Part shown: positions 8,551-17,937 of the stretch, in pieces
Layout of the letters: each line of letters begins with the position of its first letter
Position numbering within the stretch: position 1 is the first letter of the stretch
Source: an uncultured Clostridia bacterium
Lineage (GTDB): Bacteria > Bacillota > Clostridia > TANB77 > CAG-508
Length of the DNA: 42,010 bases
NCBI GenBank assembly: GCA_944392085.1
Contig: CALXVN010000001.1
Span: forward strand, 1-42,010
Reading direction: 5' to 3'
Program-made: the position numbers and the translations under genes
Notes under the pieces: model-generated
The model's input: only the letters and a program-made list of their open reading frames with translations
The model's database searches: none
Told to the model about the DNA's origin: nothing

Positions 8551-8644
8551 GTTTGCACAATCGGGGACGTACACCTTTTGCGCAATTTTAAAAAGTAATT
8601 ATATCATTTTTGCGCAAAAGGTGTACGTCCCCGATTGCGCAAAC
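8551..8644. repeat. Large GC-rich palindrome: 35-nt arms (34/35 complementary) around a 24-nt AT loop, exactly filling the serS-engB gap
   Basis: Arm 8551-8585 is GTTTGCACAATCGGGGACGTACACCTTTTGCGCAA. Arm 8610-8644 is its reverse complement apart from one mismatch. Confidence 0.9.
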
Positions 8645-8646
8645 TT

Positions 8647-9933
8647 TTATTTTTTTGGTTCTAATTTTGAGATTCCTCCCATATAAGGGCGAAGAACTTC
8701 AGGGATATTGATGCTTCCATCTTTATTATAGTTATTTTCTAAGAATGCGATAAGCATACGTGGTGGAGCAACAACAGTATTGTTTAAAGTATGTGCATAA
8801 TAATTTCCTTTTTCTCCTTTAATTCTGATTCCTAAACGTCTTGCTTGTGCATCCGTTAGGTTAGAGCAACTTCCAACTTCAAAGTATTTTTTCTGTCTTG
8901 GGCTCCATGCTTCTACATCACAGCTTTTTGCTTTTAAATCAGCCAAATCCCCACTACAACATTCTAAAGTACGAACTGGAATATCCATACTTCTAAATAG
9001 TTCTACTGTATATGACCATAATTTATCATACCATTTCCAACTATCTTCTGGTTCGCATACTACTATCATTTCTTGCTTTTCGAATTGATGAATACGATAT
9101 ACACCACGTTCTTCTATTCCATGAGCTCCTTTTTCTTTTCTGAAGCATGGAGAATATGATGTCATTGTATATGGCATATCTGCTTTTTGCAAGATTTGTC
9201 CTTTAAATTTTCCTATCATAGAATGTTCGCTAGTTCCTATTAAATATAAATCTTCGCCTTCTATCTTATACATCATAGCATCCATTTCTTCAAAACTCAT
9301 AACTCCTGTTACGACATTACTACGAATCATATATGGTGGGATGCAATAAGTAAAACCTTTATTTATCATGAAATCTCTAGCATAAGAAAGTATTGCAGAA
9401 TGAAGTCTTGCAACATCTCCCATTAAGTAATAGAATCCGTTTCCAGCAACTCTACGAGCAGAGTCTAAGTCTAAACCATTTAAACTTTCCATTATATCTG
9501 CATGGTAAGGTATTTCATAATCAGGAACAAATGGCTCACCAAATTTTTCTATTTCAACATTTTTACTATCATCTTCGCCAATTGGAACAGATTCGTGAAT
9601 TATATTTGGAATTTTCATCATTCTTTCTGTTATTGCAGATGCATATTCTGTTTCTAATTTTTCATTTTCTTCAAGTTCTTTATTTATTTCTTGAACTTGT
9701 GCCTTTATAGTTTCAGCTTCATTCTTTTTTCCATTTTTCATTAAGTTTCCAATTTCAGAGCTTAATGAATTTCTTTTCATTCTAAGTTCATCACCTTTTA
9801 ATTTTACATCTCTGTTTTTTTTGTCTAATTCTAAAACTTCATCAACTAAAACAAGTTTGTGATTTTGAAATTTTTTCTTAATGTTTTCTTTTACTAAATC
9901 TGGATTTTCTCTTAAAAATTTAATATCTATCAT
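8647..9933 (-). CDS. serS: Seryl-tRNA synthetase
   Basis: 428 aa. N-terminal coiled-coil arm, class II motifs (FRKE..., GVYRIHQFEKQE, NNTVVAPPRMLIAFLEN). Confidence 0.95.
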   Translation of the reverse strand: MIDIKFLRENPDLVKENIKKKFQNHKLVLVDEVLELDKKNRDVKLKGDELRMKRNSLSSEIGNLMKNGKKNEAETIKAQVQEINKELEENEKLETEYASAITERMMKIPNIIHESVPIGEDDSKNVEIEKFGEPFVPDYEIPYHADIMESLNGLDLDSARRVAGNGFYYLMGDVARLHSAILSYARDFMINKGFTYCIPPYMIRSNVVTGVMSFEEMDAMMYKIEGEDLYLIGTSEHSMIGKFKGQILQKADMPYTMTSYSPCFRKEKGAHGIEERGVYRIHQFEKQEMIVVCEPEDSWKWYDKLWSYTVELFRSMDIPVRTLECCSGDLADLKAKSCDVEAWSPRQKKYFEVGSCSNLTDAQARRLGIRIKGEKGNYYAHTLNNTVVAPPRMLIAFLENNYNKDGSINIPEVLRPYMGGISKLEPKK

Positions 9934-9944
9934 CCATATACCTC

Positions 9945-10195
9945 CTCTTCAAAGATGGTTTCAAATAAAACAAAACCCATATGCAAAAAGCATAAGGGCG
10001 AGATTTATTTCGCGGTACCACCTTAATTATTCAAAAATAAATTGAAAACTTTATAACGCTTATAACCTAGCATCAATCGGTCTTATTTTCATAAGAAGCT
10101 TTTAAAAGTAGATTCATAAAACATTTTAAGCTATTTACACCAACCATAGCCTCTCTAAATAAAATTAATTTTATTACTATTCTTTTATCAAACGC
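9945..10195 (-). promoter_or_regulatory. T-box leader of serS (candidate specifier UCU)
   Basis: Minus strand reads AGAGAG..GGTTGGTG (stem I elements), GAA-TCT-A (candidate specifier, complement of 10110-10112) and T-box AAGGTGGTACCGCG (complement of 10011-10024). The terminator is CCCTTATGC-TTTTT-GCATATGGG + TTTTGTTTT. Confidence 0.85.
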
Positions 10196-10211
10196 TTTTT
10201 AAAACAATAAT

Positions 10212-10240
10212 ATTTTACCACGAAAAAATAAAAATATCAA
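10212..10240 (-). promoter_or_regulatory. Promoter of the serS leader (TTGATA -17- TAAAAT)
   Basis: On the minus strand, TTGATA is the complement of 10235-10240 and TAAAAT the complement of 10212-10217. Confidence 0.55.
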
Positions 10241-10339
10241 TAAAAATTTACATATTAAGTACAAAATGGGTAAAAATAGTATAAATAATTGTGATATAAT
10301 ATAGTGTAATTATAAAGTTTAATAAGATAGGGGTGGAAA

Positions 10340-11155
10340 ATGTTTATAGAATTTGTAAAATTTTTTATATTTTCACTATTAATTGTGATAATTTCAAAAT
10401 ATGTATTAGTTAGAGTTTTAAGAAATTTAGCTCAAATATTGAATTTGAAGCCAAAAACAATTGGAAATATAGCAGGAATTGCAACTTCTATTCCTGAATT
10501 ATTAACAGTTTCTTTTTCAGCATTTACAGGTTTTATAGAGACAAGTATTTTTAATGTTTTAAGCTCTAATATAATAAATGTAGTGCAGTATTTAGTAGCA
10601 GTATTTATGAATAAAAATCAAAGTAAATTAAAAAATGGTGCAATAAAAACAGATTTACTTTTAGTAATTATAACAATAATAATACCAGTTTTTATGATTA
10701 TATTTAATATAGAAAGTAGCTTTTTCTTAGTTCCTATATTTATAATACTTCTTTTAGTATTTTACAAAATAAGTATAAATGCGCATAAACTATATTTAAA
10801 GCATGAGGAAAAAGCAGAAGAAAAAAATGAGAAAAACAAAAAGTCAGCTATTTTAAATGTTTTAGGAATTATTTTATCAGGAATTGCTTTATACTATGTT
10901 GGAAATTTATTAAGTAATACACTTGAAGTTTTAGCTTTAAGTTTGAATGTTCCTGAATCTGTAATTGGTATATTATTAGGAATAGTAACAAGTATTCCAG
11001 AGTTAATAACCTTTTTTGAATCTCAAAAGCATCATAAAGAAAAAGAAAATCATGAAGGAATTGTGGAAGCAACCAGCAATTTATTGTTTTCTAATTTTAT
11101 GAATTTATTTATAATACAATCACTAGGTATAATAATATTTCTAATATTTGCATAA
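10340..11155 (+). CDS. CaCA-family (Na+/Ca2+ exchanger-like) membrane protein
   Basis: 271-aa polytopic protein with two GxSxPE alpha-repeat motifs (GIATSIPELL, GIVTSIPELI). Confidence 0.6.
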   Translation: MFIEFVKFFIFSLLIVIISKYVLVRVLRNLAQILNLKPKTIGNIAGIATSIPELLTVSFSAFTGFIETSIFNVLSSNIINVVQYLVAVFMNKNQSKLKNGAIKTDLLLVIITIIIPVFMIIFNIESSFFLVPIFIILLLVFYKISINAHKLYLKHEEKAEEKNEKNKKSAILNVLGIILSGIALYYVGNLLSNTLEVLALSLNVPESVIGILLGIVTSIPELITFFESQKHHKEKENHEGIVEATSNLLFSNFMNLFIIQSLGIIIFLIFA

Positions 11156-11212
11156 AATGTAAATTAAAGGCATATAATAAAAGAAAGATTATATGTGAGG
11201 GAAGTGAAAGCT

Positions 11213-11488
11213 ATGTATGAAGCATATATTAGAGAGAATAAGATAGAGGACAAGTCAGAAGACGAAAAAAATTTAGAATTAATTGTTAGTATAATTAAAA
11301 CAAAAAATGAGTTAGATTCAGCAAATAAAAATTTTGAATTTGCAGAAGATGGTTTAGTAGATTATTATTCATATCAGATTAAAGCAAATCAAACAAAGTT
11401 AGATTATTTAATGAAAAAAGCCCAAAGCAAAGGAATTGCACTAGATATGATAAATGAGATTTATATAAGAAAAAATAAAGCACAATAA
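11213..11488 (+). CDS. yaaL: YaaL-like small protein (DUF2508-type)
   Basis: About 91 aa from the ATG at 11213 (GAGGGA 10 nt upstream). Lies directly upstream of bofA, as yaaL-bofA does in Bacillus subtilis. Confidence 0.6.
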   Translation: MYEAYIRENKIEDKSEDEKNLELIVSIIKTKNELDSANKNFEFAEDGLVDYYSYQIKANQTKLDYLMKKAQSKGIALDMINEIYIRKNKAQ

Positions 11489-11579
11489 GTTATCAGGTAT
11501 AAAGTGCCAAAAATAGAATAACAACATTCATATTTGTCCAAATTTAATCATACAAATAAGTAAGCATATCTAAATAGAG

Positions 11580-11891
11580 GTGATTAATTTGGACTTTAAT
11601 TCAATTATAACTTTTTTAGCATGTATAATATTCATATTTATATTTGGAAAAATATTTATTTGGCCACTTAAAAACATTTTTAAATTAATTATTAATTCGA
11701 TTTTTGGTGGATTATGTATATATATTATCAATATAATAGGAGCAAGTTTTGGATTTCATATAGGACTAAATTTGTTAACATCAATAATTGTAGGGTTACT
11801 GGGTTTACCAGGGGCAATATTGCTTGTTATTTTAAAAATTATATTGCGGTTAAAAAACAAACAGAACTCCTCTAAAATAAAGAGGAGTTAA
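11580..11891 (+). CDS. bofA: Pro-sigma-K processing inhibitor BofA; the zero-frame tail (after TTG-CGG at 11844-11849) runs through the terminator
   Basis: FGGLCIYIINIIGASFGFHIGLNLLTSIIVGLLGLPGAILLVILKII matches the BofA pattern. A +1 shift at CGG gives GGT TAA (end at 11853). Confidence 0.75.
   Translation: MINLDFNSIITFLACIIFIFIFGKIFIWPLKNIFKLIINSIFGGLCIYIINIIGASFGFHIGLNLLTSIIVGLLGLPGAILLVILKIILRLKNKQNSSKIKRS
11865..11889 (-). terminator. Hairpin AACTCCTCT-AAAATAA-AGAGGAGTT shared by convergent bofA and glmS
   Basis: 9-bp perfect stem. On the minus strand it is followed by CTGTTTGTTTTTT. Confidence 0.75.
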
Positions 11892-11894
11892 ATT

Positions 11895-13748
11895 TTACTC
11901 AACAGTAACCGATTTTGCTAAGTTTCTTGGCTTATCTACATCTAAACCTTTAAATTTAGAAATATAGTATGAAAGTAATTGCATTGGTATAATAGACAAA
12001 ATTGGTGAAAGTAGCGGATTTGTTTCAGGTATATTTATTACATAATCAAAATGGCTATTCGTAAGTATTTGGTTTGTTATAACTAAAGTTTTAGCACCTC
12101 TTGTAATAACTTCTTGTAGATTACTAATTGATTTTTCTACTAAATTTGGATTTGTAATAATCCCTATTACAGTAACACCATTTTCTATTAAAGCAATAGG
12201 TCCATGTTTTAATTCACCTGCTGCATAAGCTTCTGAGTGAATATATGAAATTTCCTTTAACTTTAAAGATCCCTCTAAGGCAACATTATAATCCATGTTC
12301 CTTCCTAAGAAAAACATATCTTTTTCAGTATATATTTTTTGAGCAAACTCTTTTATTGGTTCTACATTATCTAATATTTTTTCTATTTTGGTTGGCAAAT
12401 CAATCATATCAGTCTTTAAATCCAAAATTGTTTTTTCGTCTGAGCTTCCTAAAATTTCTGCAAAATACATTGCAAGGATAGCAATAAGTGCAACTTGTGA
12501 TGTATATGCCTTAGTGGAAGCAACAGCAATTTCAGGACCTGCATGAGTATATATTGTATAATCTGCTTCTCTTGTAATAGAGCTTCCAATAACATTAGAT
12601 ATAGCCAATGTTTTAGCTCCTTTTGATTTTGCAAGCTTTAAAGCTGCAATAGTATCAGCTGTTTCACCAGATTGACTAATATATATACATAAAGTATGTT
12701 CATCTATTATAGGGTCTCTATATCTAAATTCAGAAGCTATATCTACTGTTGTAGGTATTTTGCAAAGATTTTCTATTAAAGTTTTTCCAACTAATCCAGC
12801 ATGCATTGCTGTTCCACAAGCTACAATGTATATGTTATTTATACTCTTTAAATATTCCTTTGAAATATCAATATCATCAAAAGAGCATTTTTCACCTAAA
12901 CGGAATCTTGAACCAATTGTTTCTCTAATTGCAGTTGGCTGTTCAAAAATTTCTTTTAACATATAATCCTCATATCCACATTTATCAGCAGCATTCGAAT
13001 CCCATTCAATATTTTTGATTGGTTTGCTATGTTCTGTTAAAGAACTATCATAGAATTTTACTATATCCTTAGAAATTACAGCAAATTCATTATCATCTAA
13101 AAGATAAAACTCTTTTGTATACTTTAAAATTGCTGGAATATCAGATGCAATATAATTTTCTCCACCTCCTTTTCCTATTACTAAAGGACTATCTTTTCTA
13201 ACTACAATAACTTCATTAGGGCATATAGGAGAGATAACTTCTATAGCATAACTTCCTTTTAAATCATTTACAGCAGATTTTACAGAACCTAAAAACTTTT
13301 CTAAACTATCTTTTAGAACAGAAACTGGTCCATTTGTATAATAATAGTGAATTAGGTTAGGAATAACTTCAGTATCAGTTTGAGATAAGAAAGTATATCC
13401 TTTAGAAATCAAAAATTCCTTAAGCTCTATATAATTTTCAATAATTCCATTATGCACAACAGCAAAAGTATTACTATTATCCATATGAGGATGAGAGTTT
13501 TCTCTGCATGGTTTCCCATGAGTTGCCCATCTAGTATGTGCAATACCAACTGTACCGATTAAATCATGTATTCCATCTAAATTTTCTAAATTTTTTACTC
13601 TACCTTTATCTTTCATTACTTTTATTACATCATTTTCAATAGTTGCAATTCCTGCTGAATCATATCCTCTGTATTCTAAACTTAATAATCCATCAAGTAA
13701 AATTGGTGTAGCTTTTTTATTACCAATGTAACCTACAATTCCACACAT
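11895..13748 (-). CDS. glmS: Glutamine--fructose-6-phosphate aminotransferase
   Basis: MCGIVGYIG Ntn start, two SIS domains, C-terminal LAKSVTVE. Confidence 0.96.
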   Translation of the reverse strand: MCGIVGYIGNKKATPILLDGLLSLEYRGYDSAGIATIENDVIKVMKDKGRVKNLENLDGIHDLIGTVGIAHTRWATHGKPCRENSHPHMDNSNTFAVVHNGIIENYIELKEFLISKGYTFLSQTDTEVIPNLIHYYYTNGPVSVLKDSLEKFLGSVKSAVNDLKGSYAIEVISPICPNEVIVVRKDSPLVIGKGGGENYIASDIPAILKYTKEFYLLDDNEFAVISKDIVKFYDSSLTEHSKPIKNIEWDSNAADKCGYEDYMLKEIFEQPTAIRETIGSRFRLGEKCSFDDIDISKEYLKSINNIYIVACGTAMHAGLVGKTLIENLCKIPTTVDIASEFRYRDPIIDEHTLCIYISQSGETADTIAALKLAKSKGAKTLAISNVIGSSITREADYTIYTHAGPEIAVASTKAYTSQVALIAILAMYFAEILGSSDEKTILDLKTDMIDLPTKIEKILDNVEPIKEFAQKIYTEKDMFFLGRNMDYNVALEGSLKLKEISYIHSEAYAAGELKHGPIALIENGVTVIGIITNPNLVEKSISNLQEVITRGAKTLVITNQILTNSHFDYVINIPETNPLLSPILSIIPMQLLSYYISKFKGLDVDKPRNLAKSVTVE

Positions 13749-13771
13749 AAAAATAACCTCCTTAAAATTTA

Positions 13772-13940
13772 AGAAAGCATTACAAATATAGATTACCCTA
13801 TTAGCTTTGTTTACTAATATTACTATTAGGTTTTAACTAATAATTATGGCAGTAATCTAATGCCAAGAAACCATCCGCCGAATATTTCGATAAGTTTCTT
13901 CCTCGTCAACGTATAAGATAAATACGTCCAGGCGCTTAAA
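13772..13940 (-). promoter_or_regulatory. glmS ribozyme in the glmS 5' leader
   Basis: Minus strand reads AAGCGCCTGGAC ... GTTGACGAGGAAGAAACTTATCGAAATATTCGGCGGATGGTTTCTTGGC. That gives the A|GCGCC cleavage site and the conserved GACGAGG...UAUCGAA..UUCGGCGGAUG core. Confidence 0.88.
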
Positions 13941-14132
13941 ATTTATAGTATGCATTTGTAAAGCTTTTCTCTTATGCATAGTATATTACTATAAAATAAA
14001 AAATGTGTCAAATAGTATTGTAAAATATATAAATTTATGCTAAAATAATACTATTAAAAATAGCTTTGCTATTTTTTCCTTACTTATGACATAAAAGTTC
14101 ATAGGTTATATATCCATAAGGAGGTGAAGGTA

Positions 14133-14411
14133 ATGAACAAATACGAAAGTGTTGTCATTATTAATCCAAATGTTGAGGAAACAGCTTTAAAAGCATTAAT
14201 AGAAAGATTTTCAACATTGATTAATACTGACGGAAAAGTAGAACAAGTTAATGAATTAGGCAAAAAGAAATTAGCTTATGAAATTAATAAGAATAAAGAA
14301 GGATACTATATAGTATATGATTTCGAAGCTAAACCAAGCTTAATTGCAGAACTTGAAAGAAACTATAGAATTACTGATGAAGTAATTAAATTTATAGTAG
14401 TAAAAAAATAA
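14133..14411 (+). CDS. rpsF: 30S ribosomal protein S6
   Basis: MNKYESVVIINPNV... The ATG lies 8 nt after AAGGAGG. Canonical rpsF-ssb-rpsR order. Confidence 0.93.
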   Translation: MNKYESVVIINPNVEETALKALIERFSTLINTDGKVEQVNELGKKKLAYEINKNKEGYYIVYDFEAKPSLIAELERNYRITDEVIKFIVVKK

Positions 14412-14459
14412 TAGTTACTATAGGGGGCCTTTAAAAAAGAAAGGTAAAAGGTGTAAAAA

Positions 14460-14888
14460 ATGAACAAAGTAATTTTAATGGGAAGATTAACAAAAGATCC
14501 AGAAGTAAGATATACTCAAACAAGTAATACATTAGTTGCTTCATTTAGTTTAGCAGTTAATAGAAGATTTGTAAGACAAGGAGAAGAAAGACAAGCAGAC
14601 TTTATAAACATAGTTGCTTGGGGCAAAACAGGTGAGTTTTGCAGTAAATATTTTAAAAAAGGTCAACAAGTAGGAATAATAGGAAGAATTCAAACAAGAA
14701 CTTGGGACGATGATCAAGGACAAAAACATTATGTTACAGAAGTTATAGCAGAAGAAACATATTTTGCAGATAGCAAAAGAGACGGAGATAGCGGAGCTTC
14801 AAGCTTTGATGCAACATTTGGAGCAATGCCAAATATGGGAGAAAGTTCTGATTTTGAAATATCTTCAGGAGATGATTTACCATTTTAA
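14460..14888 (+). CDS. ssb: Single-stranded DNA-binding protein
   Basis: OB-fold N-terminus (MNKVILMGRLTKDPEVRYT), acidic tail ending DDLPF. Confidence 0.94.
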   Translation: MNKVILMGRLTKDPEVRYTQTSNTLVASFSLAVNRRFVRQGEERQADFINIVAWGKTGEFCSKYFKKGQQVGIIGRIQTRTWDDDQGQKHYVTEVIAEETYFADSKRDGDSGASSFDATFGAMPNMGESSDFEISSGDDLPF

Positions 14889-14933
14889 ACCTATTTAAAC
14901 CTTATAAATTAAAGATGCAAGGGGGTAAGAATA

Positions 14934-15218
14934 ATGGCTGATAATAAGAAAAATAAAAGAAACAATAGAAATAACAATGCTGATAATGATTATAATCCAA
15001 AATTTAGAAAAATAAGAAAAAAAGTATGTCCTTTATGTGCAAATAAAGACATGGTATTAGATTATAAGAATGCAGAACAAATAAGAAAATTTGTTAATGA
15101 TAAAGGAAAAATACTTCCAAGAAGAGCAACAGGAGCTTGTGCAAAACATCAAAGAGATATAACATTAGCAGTAAAAAGAGCAAGACAAATAGCAGTATTA
15201 CCATATACAGCTGAATAA
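14934..15218 (+). CDS. rpsR: 30S ribosomal protein S18 (with Asn/Lys-rich N-terminal extension)
   Basis: KILPRRATGACAKHQRDITLAVKRARQIAVLPY core. Confidence 0.93.
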   Translation: MADNKKNKRNNRNNNADNDYNPKFRKIRKKVCPLCANKDMVLDYKNAEQIRKFVNDKGKILPRRATGACAKHQRDITLAVKRARQIAVLPYTAE

Positions 15219-15224
15219 TAAGAA

Positions 15225-15261
15225 AACTTGAGCAAAGAATTATTTTGTTCAAGTTTTTTTT
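15225..15261 (+). terminator. Terminator of the rpsF-ssb-rpsR operon
   Basis: AACTTGAGCAAA ... TTTGTTCAAGTT stem (one mismatch) followed by T8. Confidence 0.8.
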
Positions 15262-15331
15262 GTGTAAATAACAGTTTAAAAATACACCAAAATGCAAATA
15301 ATATATACATATAAAGGAGAGTAATGTATAT

Positions 15332-16183
15332 ATGAAAATCGGTGTAGCTTTGTCTGGAGGAGGAGCAAGAGGTTTAGCACATGCAGGAGTGCTTAAAGCT
15401 TTAGAAGAAAATGGAATAAAAATTGATGTTATAGGTGGAACAAGTGCTGGAAGCATGGTTGCAAGCTTATATGCAATGGGATATAATCCAGATGAGATAT
15501 TTGATAGTTTTGTGAATAATTATAGCAAAATAATTGGAGGAAAAAACTTTTCGCTATTTAATGGAATAAAAAATTTTATAAGCAAAGATATATGTGGTTT
15601 AAAAAAAGGTGAAAATATAGAAGGAGTATTTAATTTGCTAGCTAAAAATAAAAATATTGATGTTATAAGCAATATAAAAATGCCACTAGTAATTCCAACA
15701 GTAGATATTAAAGATTCAAAGGAATATATTTTTACAAACAATATTCCACAAAATGAAAATAATTGTTATAAAAAATATATTACAGACATAGGTATTGGAG
15801 AAGCGGTAAGAGCTAGCAGTAGTTTTCCAGCTGTATTTAATTTATGTACAATACAAAAGCATGCTTTTATAGATGGGGGAGCATTAGATAATATTCCTGT
15901 AGAAGAAGTAAGAAAACAAGGTGCAGATAAAGTACTTGCAGTAAAATTTGAAGAAGATAAGATTGACGAAAATAGTAATATGATGGATATTGTAATGAAA
16001 ACAATAGATATAATGGGAAGCAAAATTGCAGAGAAAAATTTAGAAAAAAGTGATTATGTGTTAAATATAAATACAGAAAAAATGGGACTTTTAGAAATAA
16101 AAAATATGGAAAGATGTTTTGAATATGGCTATGAAGCAGTAAAAATGAATATAGAAGAAATAAAAAAAGCATTGCAAGAATGA
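15332..16183 (+). CDS. Patatin-like phospholipase
   Basis: GGGARG oxyanion motif, GTSAGS nucleophile elbow, DGG catalytic Asp motif (FIDGGALDN). Confidence 0.85.
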   Translation: MKIGVALSGGGARGLAHAGVLKALEENGIKIDVIGGTSAGSMVASLYAMGYNPDEIFDSFVNNYSKIIGGKNFSLFNGIKNFISKDICGLKKGENIEGVFNLLAKNKNIDVISNIKMPLVIPTVDIKDSKEYIFTNNIPQNENNCYKKYITDIGIGEAVRASSSFPAVFNLCTIQKHAFIDGGALDNIPVEEVRKQGADKVLAVKFEEDKIDENSNMMDIVMKTIDIMGSKIAEKNLEKSDYVLNINTEKMGLLEIKNMERCFEYGYEAVKMNIEEIKKALQE

Positions 16184-16237
16184 AAAAAAAATGGTATTAT
16201 TGTATAAGTTATGTAATTATTAAAGGGGAATTTGTAA

Positions 16238-17140
16238 ATGAACAAATACATAAAATATATAATAGTAGCAGTTATATTTTTAGTTATTATTGTAACATTA
16301 GTAATTTTAAATATAAATAAAAAAAATAAAGATAAAGAAAATGATGAAAAAATAAAAATAGTTACATCATTTTATCCAATGTATATTATAGCAGAAAATT
16401 TGCTAGAAGGCACAAACAATACCGAACTTGTTAATATGGCAGATGTGAATGTAGGTTGTTTGCATGATTATACATTAACAACAGAAGATATGAAAAAAGT
16501 AGAAAATGCAGATATTTTTATTGTAAACGGACTTGGAATGGAAAACTTTTTAGATAAAGTTATAAATTTAAATAGTAATATGCATATAATAGATTCAAGT
16601 ACAAATATACAAAACTTAATAAAAGATGAAGATGAAATTAATCCACATATTTGGACAAGTATAGACAATTATATTTTACAGGTTAAAAACATTTCAAAAG
16701 AATTGCAAAATAAAGATAACTTAAATGAAGAAATTTATAAGGAAAATGAAGAAAAATACGTAGAAAAATTAGAAAACTTAAAAGAAGAATATTTAGAAGC
16801 ATCAAAAGAATTAGAAGGGCAAAAAGCGATAATTTTAAATGAAGCTTTTGAATATTTTGCTCAAGAGTTAAAAATAGAAGCAACAACAATAAAAACAGAC
16901 CATGAGGAAAGTACATTATCAGCAGAAACATTAAAAAATATAATAGATAAAGTAAAAGAAGAAAATATTAAAATAATAATAATTGACAAAAACGATAATA
17001 AATCAAATGCAGAAACAATAGCAAATGAAACAGGAGCTACGATATATGAATTAAATTCCGGATTAACAGGAAGTTTAGAAAAAGATGCATATATAAAAGC
17101 TATAGAAGAAAATCTTTGTCGTTTTAGGGACAGGCCCTAA
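16238..17140 (+). CDS. Metal (Zn/Mn) ABC transporter substrate-binding protein, ZnuA/TroA type; the last 8 codons and the stop lie inside a repeat element
   Basis: N-terminal membrane anchor, cluster-9 SBP features (NPHIWTS, HDY). The tail ...EENLCRFRDRP* is encoded by 17114-17140. Confidence 0.82.
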   Translation: MNKYIKYIIVAVIFLVIIVTLVILNINKKNKDKENDEKIKIVTSFYPMYIIAENLLEGTNNTELVNMADVNVGCLHDYTLTTEDMKKVENADIFIVNGLGMENFLDKVINLNSNMHIIDSSTNIQNLIKDEDEINPHIWTSIDNYILQVKNISKELQNKDNLNEEIYKENEEKYVEKLENLKEEYLEASKELEGQKAIILNEAFEYFAQELKIEATTIKTDHEESTLSAETLKNIIDKVKEENIKIIIIDKNDNKSNAETIANETGATIYELNSGLTGSLEKDAYIKAIEENLCRFRDRP

Positions 17141-17182
17141 AACGACAAAAGTGTCGCTTTAAGGCCTGCCCCTAAAACGACA
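17115..17182. repeat. Two tandem hairpins of the GGGACAGG palindromic family, between znuA-like and znuC-like genes
   Basis: Hairpin 1 is TTTGTCGTTTTAGGG-ACAGG-CCCTAAAACGACAAA (15-bp perfect stem). Hairpin 2 is TGTCGCTTT-AAGGCCTGCCCCT-AAAACGACA. It ends 1 nt before the AGGAGG of the next gene. Confidence 0.85.
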
Positions 17183-17194
17183 AAGGAGGAGAAA

Positions 17195-17923
17195 ATGGAG
17201 AAAGCTTGTGGATTGCACTGTACAAAAATTAATAATATTGGAGTTAAAATTGGAAATGATGAGATTTTAAAAAATGTAAATATACATATTCATTGTGGAG
17301 AATTAACTGTAATTATAGGAAGAAATGGTGCAGGTAAAAGTACACTCCTTAAAGCTATTTTAGGAGAAATTGAGCATACGGGGAATATTACATTTGTTGA
17401 CCAAAAAGATAATATCACAAAGAAAATAAAAATTGGCTATGTACCACAAAGTATAAATGTAGAAAAACATATGCCAACAACGGTATATGATTTCTTTGCT
17501 TCTTGTATTACGCATATACCAGTATTTTTAAAAAAAGATAAAAAGATATATAACGAAATAAAAGAACATTTAGCAATATTTGGAGCAGATTCACTTATAG
17601 ACAAAAGCATAGGAGATTTATCAGGTGGGGAACTACAAAGAGTGCTTATAGCTATTGCAACAAAACCAACACCTAATTTACTTATTTTAGATGAACCAGT
17701 TTCCGGAATAGATAGAAATGGTATAAAAGATTTTTACAATATTATAAGTAAATTAAAATCTGAATATGATATGTCTATTATACTTGTATCACATGACTTA
17801 GATTTAGCAAGTAAATATGCAGACAAGGTTATTTTACTAGATAAAGAAGTAATAAAAGAAGGAAAACCAGAAGATGTTTTTAAAAGTTTAGAATTTAGAA
17901 ATAGGTTTGGAGAATTAGCATAA
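17195..17923 (+). CDS. Metal ABC transporter ATP-binding protein (ZnuC type)
   Basis: Walker A GRNGAGKST, signature LSGGELQR, Walker B LLILDEP. Confidence 0.9.
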   Translation: MEKACGLHCTKINNIGVKIGNDEILKNVNIHIHCGELTVIIGRNGAGKSTLLKAILGEIEHTGNITFVDQKDNITKKIKIGYVPQSINVEKHMPTTVYDFFASCITHIPVFLKKDKKIYNEIKEHLAIFGADSLIDKSIGDLSGGELQRVLIAIATKPTPNLLILDEPVSGIDRNGIKDFYNIISKLKSEYDMSIILVSHDLDLASKYADKVILLDKEVIKEGKPEDVFKSLEFRNRFGELA

Positions 17924-17937
17924 AATATGGGGGAAAA

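Noticed and set aside
14040-14132. Small hairpin (AAATAGC-TTT-GCTATTT, about 14060-14078) upstream of rpsF, considered as the S6:S18-binding rpsF leader
   Set aside because: The stem is short and AT-rich, and I cannot verify the leader consensus from memory. The evidence is insufficient.
16213-16222. GTAATTATTA between a possible -10 and the RBS of the ZnuA-like gene, considered as a Zur box
   Set aside because: Only the AT-only core TAAT-T-ATTA matches. The flanking TCG/CGA of the Firmicute Zur consensus is absent, and a 9-bp AT palindrome is expected by chance here.
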